A program made the translations under genes and the position numbers. From a bacterium (GTDB taxonomy: Bacteria > UBA8248): a stretch of 64,000 nucleotides of DNA. The notes under the pieces are model-generated. The model saw only the letters and a list, made by a program, of their open reading frames with translations, was not told the origin of the DNA and ran no database searches. Position 1 is the first letter of the stretch. Every line of letters begins with the position of its first letter. This document shows, piece by piece, positions 59,019 to 64,000 of this stretch. Where the stretch lies: the NCBI GenBank assembly GCA_965207065.1, contig OZ242260.1:928001-992000 (forward strand). The letters are read 5' to 3'.

Positions 59019-61349
59019 CTAACCTACTTCGACGCCTTCCTTGTGAATAGCCATGGCGACGCTTTCGGGCGTGATAGGCAACTTGGTGAACCGATGACCG
59101 ACGGCATCCCGCACAGCATTGGAGATCGCGGCCAAAGTGGGCACCAAAGAACTCTCTCCCACGCCCTTGGCGCCATAGGGTCCTGTTGCATTGGCCGCTT
59201 CTACGATAATGGTGGTGAACTCGGGCGTATCCATTGAGACAGGAATCTCGTAACGCGCCAGATCCGGCGTAAGTACACGGCCATCATGCACGTCAATCTC
59301 CTCGATCAAGGCTTGCCCAAGCCCCATTTCGATACCCCCTTCTATCTGCCCAGTCACTCCTTGGGGGTTGATGGCCCGTCCCACATCATGGGCCGCAACC
59401 ATTCGCTTCACCCAAACCTCTCCCGTACTCGGGTCAACCGCTACGTCAGCCACTTGTACGCCATAGCTGTACACCATGAACGGCTCGCCTTCCCCGGTTT
59501 CGGGGTTAAACGTCAAGGGGCCAGTACTGAACCAGCCCTGGCCGGTAATCTGCTTGCCTACCAGAAGCGCCTGTGAGACCACCTCACCAAACGAGATTGA
59601 ACGCTCAGGCGCGCTTTTAATGAAAACCCTCCCATTCTTGAAGGCTATGTCTTCGGTCGGCCCTTCGAGCATTTCCGCCGCAACAGGGGCCAAGATTCCC
59701 CGAACCTCCGCGATGGCCTCGCATATCGCATTACCGGGGATCGTTGTGGAACGCGAGCCCGCCGTAAAACCACTCTCAGGAACCGCATCCGTATCCACCT
59801 GCATGATGCGCACGTCCTCAAAGCGCACGCCCATCGCTTCCGCCGCTATCTGGGCGAGTACCGTATGTGAACCCTGCCCGAGTTCGATGATCCCAACGCC
59901 CACCTGAACTTTTCCGTCATCGGTGACATGAACTTGGGCACCACAGGAATCCGAGGGCGATGCGGCACCCGTGGAATACCAAAACCCCGCCATACCACGG
60001 CCATACAACAGACCATCGCCGTTCGCGTTTTCTCGCGGGTGCGGACCGAGTGCATTTTCCGCTTCATCGAGACAATCCATATATCCTACACTCTGGTCCA
60101 AAACTTGGCGGGTTGCAGTGGAAGAACCGATCTTATAGCCGTTCAAACGCCTCAGTTCGAAAGGATCCATTCCTAGCGAGAGGGCCAACTCGTCCATCTG
60201 ACTTTCAATCGCGAAGTGCACCTGAGGAACACCCAAACCGCGCATGGCGCAGGTATTGATGTTGTTCGTTAGCACGAGGTAGCCATCGGCCCAGACATTG
60301 TCGCATTCATAAGCACCGGAGGAATGGATGATGAGCTTTTTGATGATGCCGGGTCCTACCGCGGCGTACGGACCTTTGTTGAGATAGATCTGGATGCGCA
60401 TGGCGGTGATTTTGCCATCTTTTTTGGCGCCGATTTTATGTTGGATCACTGCGGGCACCCGTTTCGCCTTGCCACCCAGAGATTCTTCCCTCGTGTAGTT
60501 GTAGATGGCAGGACGGCCTGTTTTGAGCGCTACCAAGCCTGCTCGCATCGCGATCTCGATGGAGGTTTCCTCTTTTCCGCCGAAACCGCCACCCGGTGGA
60601 GTGGAGATGAACTGAATTTCATTTTGTCCCAAGCCCAGCACCGGAGCGATGACTCGCCTCACCATATGCGGACACTGGGTGGGCCCGGTACAAGTAATGG
60701 AGCCATCTGGATTGGGAACCACATAACCCGCATCTGGTTCAAGATAAGCGTGATCGATGAACTGGGTTTCGTACGTATCTTCCAGAATTACGTCCGCCTC
60801 GGCGAAACCCTTTTCGACATCTCCTTTTCGAATTTTCAAGTGGGTGAGCACATTGCCTTTGGCCACCGGATGGTCCGGCTGAACAATAGGGGCATCATCA
60901 TTCAAGGCGTCCTGTGTTTCAAAGACAGCCGGAAGCGCTTTGGTTTTGATTTTCACCAACCCGGCCGCGTACTCCGCCTGCTCCAACGTGTCCGCCGCCA
61001 CGATGGCCACGACATCTTGAAGTGAATAAATACGTTTTTCCACCAAAGCCGGCTGATCGGGAATCAACATTCCGTAGAGCTTCTGCCCAGGTATGTCCTT
61101 TGCGGTCAGGACGCAGGCGACGCCCGGCGCATTTCCCGCCTTGGTCGTGTCGACTCGATCCAGTGTTCCGCAAGCGATAGGAGCCGTCACCGGAACAACA
61201 TACAACGGATTGATCAGTTTGTGGTCTGCTGAGAATAAGGGCGAACCATCCGCTTTGGGCGGACCATCGACCCGGGGCATATCGGCGCCGATGAGATCCC
61301 CATCATCTTCAGGTCCACCGAACAACTCTTGGTAAAAACGTTCTGACAT
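59019..61349 (-). CDS. Xanthine dehydrogenase family molybdopterin-binding subunit
   Basis: HAYLEP, GGGFGGK, AMRG.G.PQ, ELGQG, GQIEGG, GAKGVGE. Confidence 0.93.
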   Translation of the reverse strand: MSERFYQELFGGPEDDGDLIGADMPRVDGPPKADGSPLFSADHKLINPLYVVPVTAPIACGTLDRVDTTKAGNAPGVACVLTAKDIPGQKLYGMLIPDQPALVEKRIYSLQDVVAIVAADTLEQAEYAAGLVKIKTKALPAVFETQDALNDDAPIVQPDHPVAKGNVLTHLKIRKGDVEKGFAEADVILEDTYETQFIDHAYLEPDAGYVVPNPDGSITCTGPTQCPHMVRRVIAPVLGLGQNEIQFISTPPGGGFGGKEETSIEIAMRAGLVALKTGRPAIYNYTREESLGGKAKRVPAVIQHKIGAKKDGKITAMRIQIYLNKGPYAAVGPGIIKKLIIHSSGAYECDNVWADGYLVLTNNINTCAMRGLGVPQVHFAIESQMDELALSLGMDPFELRRLNGYKIGSSTATRQVLDQSVGYMDCLDEAENALGPHPRENANGDGLLYGRGMAGFWYSTGAASPSDSCGAQVHVTDDGKVQVGVGIIELGQGSHTVLAQIAAEAMGVRFEDVRIMQVDTDAVPESGFTAGSRSTTIPGNAICEAIAEVRGILAPVAAEMLEGPTEDIAFKNGRVFIKSAPERSISFGEVVSQALLVGKQITGQGWFSTGPLTFNPETGEGEPFMVYSYGVQVADVAVDPSTGEVWVKRMVAAHDVGRAINPQGVTGQIEGGIEMGLGQALIEEIDVHDGRVLTPDLARYEIPVSMDTPEFTTIIVEAANATGPYGAKGVGESSLVPTLAAISNAVRDAVGHRFTKLPITPESVAMAIHKEGVEVG

Positions 61350-61433
61350 TACAAACCTCCGTTCTTGAAAAACCTATATTTTTGATATGATGGAATCGAT
61401 TTGAATGACTGCAAAGAAACAGCTGCCAATCGC

Positions 61434-62372
61434 TCAATCTGACTCCGGCCCATTGGGTTTTCTCCGGAGCAAGCGCTCTATCTCATCTGCTACCTCGGCA
61501 CCAGGAGGCAATTTTCCCTCCTCATCCTCGGGTTCTCCTTCGAACGCATCTTCAAAATCCACACCTGGGACTTCATCGGGGATCTGGCCTTTTTGAATAT
61601 CCTCAACATACTTGGCTATGCGAGGATCTCTAGCGATGATTCGCTCCACCTGCCCATCAAATTGATTGATCGCGAGATCAAAATCATCCAAGGAAATGTC
61701 AAAATCACCCAAGATGCTCAATTTCTCCAAAAGAGCGCATGTTGCTTTCGGGTTGGATATAGATGCAATGTAATGCGGCACATTCGCCCACAAGCTTATT
61801 GCCGGAAAACCCTCATCCTGCATGAGAGTATGAATGACGCCTATTATTCCGGTAGGCCCCTCATAGCGCGTTATTTCCACGCCAGAGGGTTCTACCAATG
61901 ACGAATCGGTGGCAATCGCCATCAAGCGACTGGGCTGGGTATGCAAGTCTCCCGCGAGCAAAGCTCCCAACGTCACAATCATGCGCGCATCGTAGCGGCT
62001 GCCAATCGCCAGAACATCACGACTAAAATGTTTCCATTTCAAATGGGGTTCGGTGCCGATTCCGATAATGAGATCTCTTGCAAGGCCCGGCGTTTGACAA
62101 TAAAAAAATTCGTTCAGCGGCCAAGTAATCTGCCGCTCACCGGATTCACCGAGCTTAACTGTTGGCCTCTGATCCGCGAATTGGAAAAAATCATCCGGCT
62201 GGATTTGCGCTACACGTTTCCCTTGGAAATGTTGAATCAAATAGCGTGCCGCCGCCGTTGCGGACTCAGCCGCATCGTTCCATCCAGAGAATGCCATAAC
62301 AAACAAAGGATCGTTGGCGTCCTCCACCCCATGGAAAAAAGTGACGCCCATATTCAAAACCTCCATTCTCAT
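61434..62372 (-). CDS. PAC2 family (proteasome assembly chaperone-like) protein
   Basis: FSGWNDA...A, F...RP, G.EP..KW, YEGPTGI, WANVPHY, E.ER.LR. Confidence 0.85.
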   Translation of the reverse strand: MRMEVLNMGVTFFHGVEDANDPLFVMAFSGWNDAAESATAAARYLIQHFQGKRVAQIQPDDFFQFADQRPTVKLGESGERQITWPLNEFFYCQTPGLARDLIIGIGTEPHLKWKHFSRDVLAIGSRYDARMIVTLGALLAGDLHTQPSRLMAIATDSSLVEPSGVEITRYEGPTGIIGVIHTLMQDEGFPAISLWANVPHYIASISNPKATCALLEKLSILGDFDISLDDFDLAINQFDGQVERIIARDPRIAKYVEDIQKGQIPDEVPGVDFEDAFEGEPEDEEGKLPPGAEVADEIERLLRRKPNGPESD

Positions 62373-62469
62373 GTCGTATGTCTAAATTTTTCCATATTTC
62401 ACAGGGAGAACATATCCGCCTATATCACTTGTTTAAAGCAAATTCCTCTTCCCATAATCGTTTCTTCTA

Positions 62470-63702
62470 TCAGGCCTCTTTGGGAAAATTCCCGCTCTCT
62501 GGCGGATAGGTGAACAAATTGCTCCTGTGCTCTCCCAACCCGGGTGTTTCCCAAGAGGGAACTCCACCAGGAGAAGGCATCTCGCCTTTCGCCACATCCT
62601 TTTGCAGTCTTCGCCACTCGTTTTGGAAATCCTGTGAATGGCCCCTGAAATGCGGCATCACGTATCGCGCGAACAATTCAAGCGAGTCTCTTATTTTCTG
62701 ATCACCCACCCATTCCTGCGTCGTGAGCATGAGGCCTCCGAATCCACCTGTTTCCTCCTGTATTTTCTCGATTGTCTCAATCGCGTCTTCCGGAGTGCCA
62801 ACTATCCAGTATCTTTGCTCTGCGGCTGTTTTCGGAGTGATTTCAGCGCGCGGCTGGTCTGGATACGCCTCATAAGCAGGCTTCAAACCGATATCCATAA
62901 AGTAATTCATATCGCGCAGGGCATATTTTTCGATATCGGCCCAGGCTTTCTCGCGGCTTTCGGCGAGATGCACGTACGTGGTGATTCTCCAGTTTTCACG
63001 CGACACACGCGTACCGTATTTTCTGGCGCATTCCTCCATATAGGGCCATTGCTCGGAGAGTGAGAGGTTTTCCATGATTTTCTTGCCGCCGAAAGAGAGC
63101 AAAATCATTTCGTATCGAGCGGCCATATCGATTGCCCCGCGGCTCCCCGCCGATGCGATGGCAAACGGCATTCTGGGCTTTTGGTAGGAGCGCACCTGGA
63201 GACACACATTTCTCAACTTCCAGAACCGTCCCTCATAATCGAATGGCTCGGGCGATTCCAGGAGTTTGACCATAATATCCACCGATTCGTTCAGCATCGG
63301 ACGCAGATCGCCCGGTGGAATGTCAAACAACTTGATGTCACTCACCAAATTGCTCGGACCCACACCAAAAATGACGCGTCCTCTTGTGAGTTGGTCCAGA
63401 AACGCCATTCGCTCCGCCAAATGAAACGGATGATGAAAAGGAACGCTGATCACGGAAGTACCCAACCGAATTCGCTTCGCCTTGGCCGCAGCCATGGCGA
63501 GAGCCATCTCGGGCGCCGGAATCGTTTCCCAACCACCCGAATGGTGCTCACCGATATAGAATTCATCAAAATCCAGTTCATCGGCATATTCGATAAGTGA
63601 AATATCACGCTGATAGGCAAGTGATGGATTTTCAGAAGGGTGGTGAATCGGCATCATGAAAAAGGAAAATTTCAAGGCGAGTTCCCCCCCATTGAAGTGC
63701 AA
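62470..63702 (-). CDS. LLM class flavin-dependent monooxygenase (start uncertain)
   Basis: GEHHSGGWE, IRLGT, GRV.FGVG, VGTPED, ELFARYVMP. Confidence 0.9.
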   Translation of the reverse strand: MHFNGGELALKFSFFMMPIHHPSENPSLAYQRDISLIEYADELDFDEFYIGEHHSGGWETIPAPEMALAMAAAKAKRIRLGTSVISVPFHHPFHLAERMAFLDQLTRGRVIFGVGPSNLVSDIKLFDIPPGDLRPMLNESVDIMVKLLESPEPFDYEGRFWKLRNVCLQVRSYQKPRMPFAIASAGSRGAIDMAARYEMILLSFGGKKIMENLSLSEQWPYMEECARKYGTRVSRENWRITTYVHLAESREKAWADIEKYALRDMNYFMDIGLKPAYEAYPDQPRAEITPKTAAEQRYWIVGTPEDAIETIEKIQEETGGFGGLMLTTQEWVGDQKIRDSLELFARYVMPHFRGHSQDFQNEWRRLQKDVAKGEMPSPGGVPSWETPGLGEHRSNLFTYPPESGNFPKEA

Positions 63703-63868
63703 ACAGAAAATCAGGAATCCATCAGGTCATACTATCTTATTTATGAATTTCCAGCATCCCACTATCTAGACCAAACTTTCTTGCACTTGTCATCGTCTTC
63801 TAATTACTCCATTATCCCCGCGCTTTAGGCGTATTCATGGATGTTGCGAAATTAGATACGAGGACGAA

Positions 63869-64000
63869 ATGGCTATCATGGAACGAACCGATCTGAGAAA
63901 TCTCGCCATCATCGCTCATGTCGATCATGGCAAAACCACCCTGGTGGATTCCATGCTCTGGCAAAGCGGTATCTTCCGCGAAGGGCAAGACGTGGCCGAG
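63869..64000 (+). CDS. typA: Translational GTPase TypA/BipA (5' part)
   Basis: Manual translation [37 protein letters not shown]. Confidence 0.9.
   Translation, partial: MAIMERTDLRNLAIIAHVDHGKTTLVDSMLWQSGIFREGQDVAE

Overview
GC-rich bacterial window. 1-7.9 kb is a type I-E CRISPR-Cas operon on the minus strand (cas3-cse1-cse2-cas7-cas5-cas6e-cas1). cas1 runs off the left edge and is missing from the ORF track; cas2 and the array are not in the window. A divergent stand-alone DEDDh exonuclease follows, then a low-GC debris island (IS256 remnant, truncated EEP gene, two unknown genes). 12-55 kb holds mostly metabolic genes: MBL hydrolase, haloalkane dehalogenase, tandem SDRs, thrB, pncA, a PrpD/acyl-CoA operon, an Xsc-like ThDP enzyme, hydantoinase A/B and a NitT/TauT ABC transporter. 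It also holds hipBA with four phased operators, an rlmD-lexA-dinB operon, uvrA with an AT-hook insert, an IS1182 nested in REP-laden MITE-like elements, and a low-GC two-gene PIN-toxin module. 55-64 kb is lower in GC (ggt, nucleotidyltransferase, Xdh Mo subunit, PAC2, LLM, partial typA). Best novelty candidates: (i) the PIN toxin paired with a ~313-aa partner ending in an antitoxin-like tail; (ii) a dispersed non-coding element with 10-bp-periodic motifs at 11.6 and 55.1 kb; (iii) IS1182-ended MITEs carrying REP cargo; (iv) the cas-linked DEDDh nuclease. All calls come from motif recognition by eye; no database searches were run.
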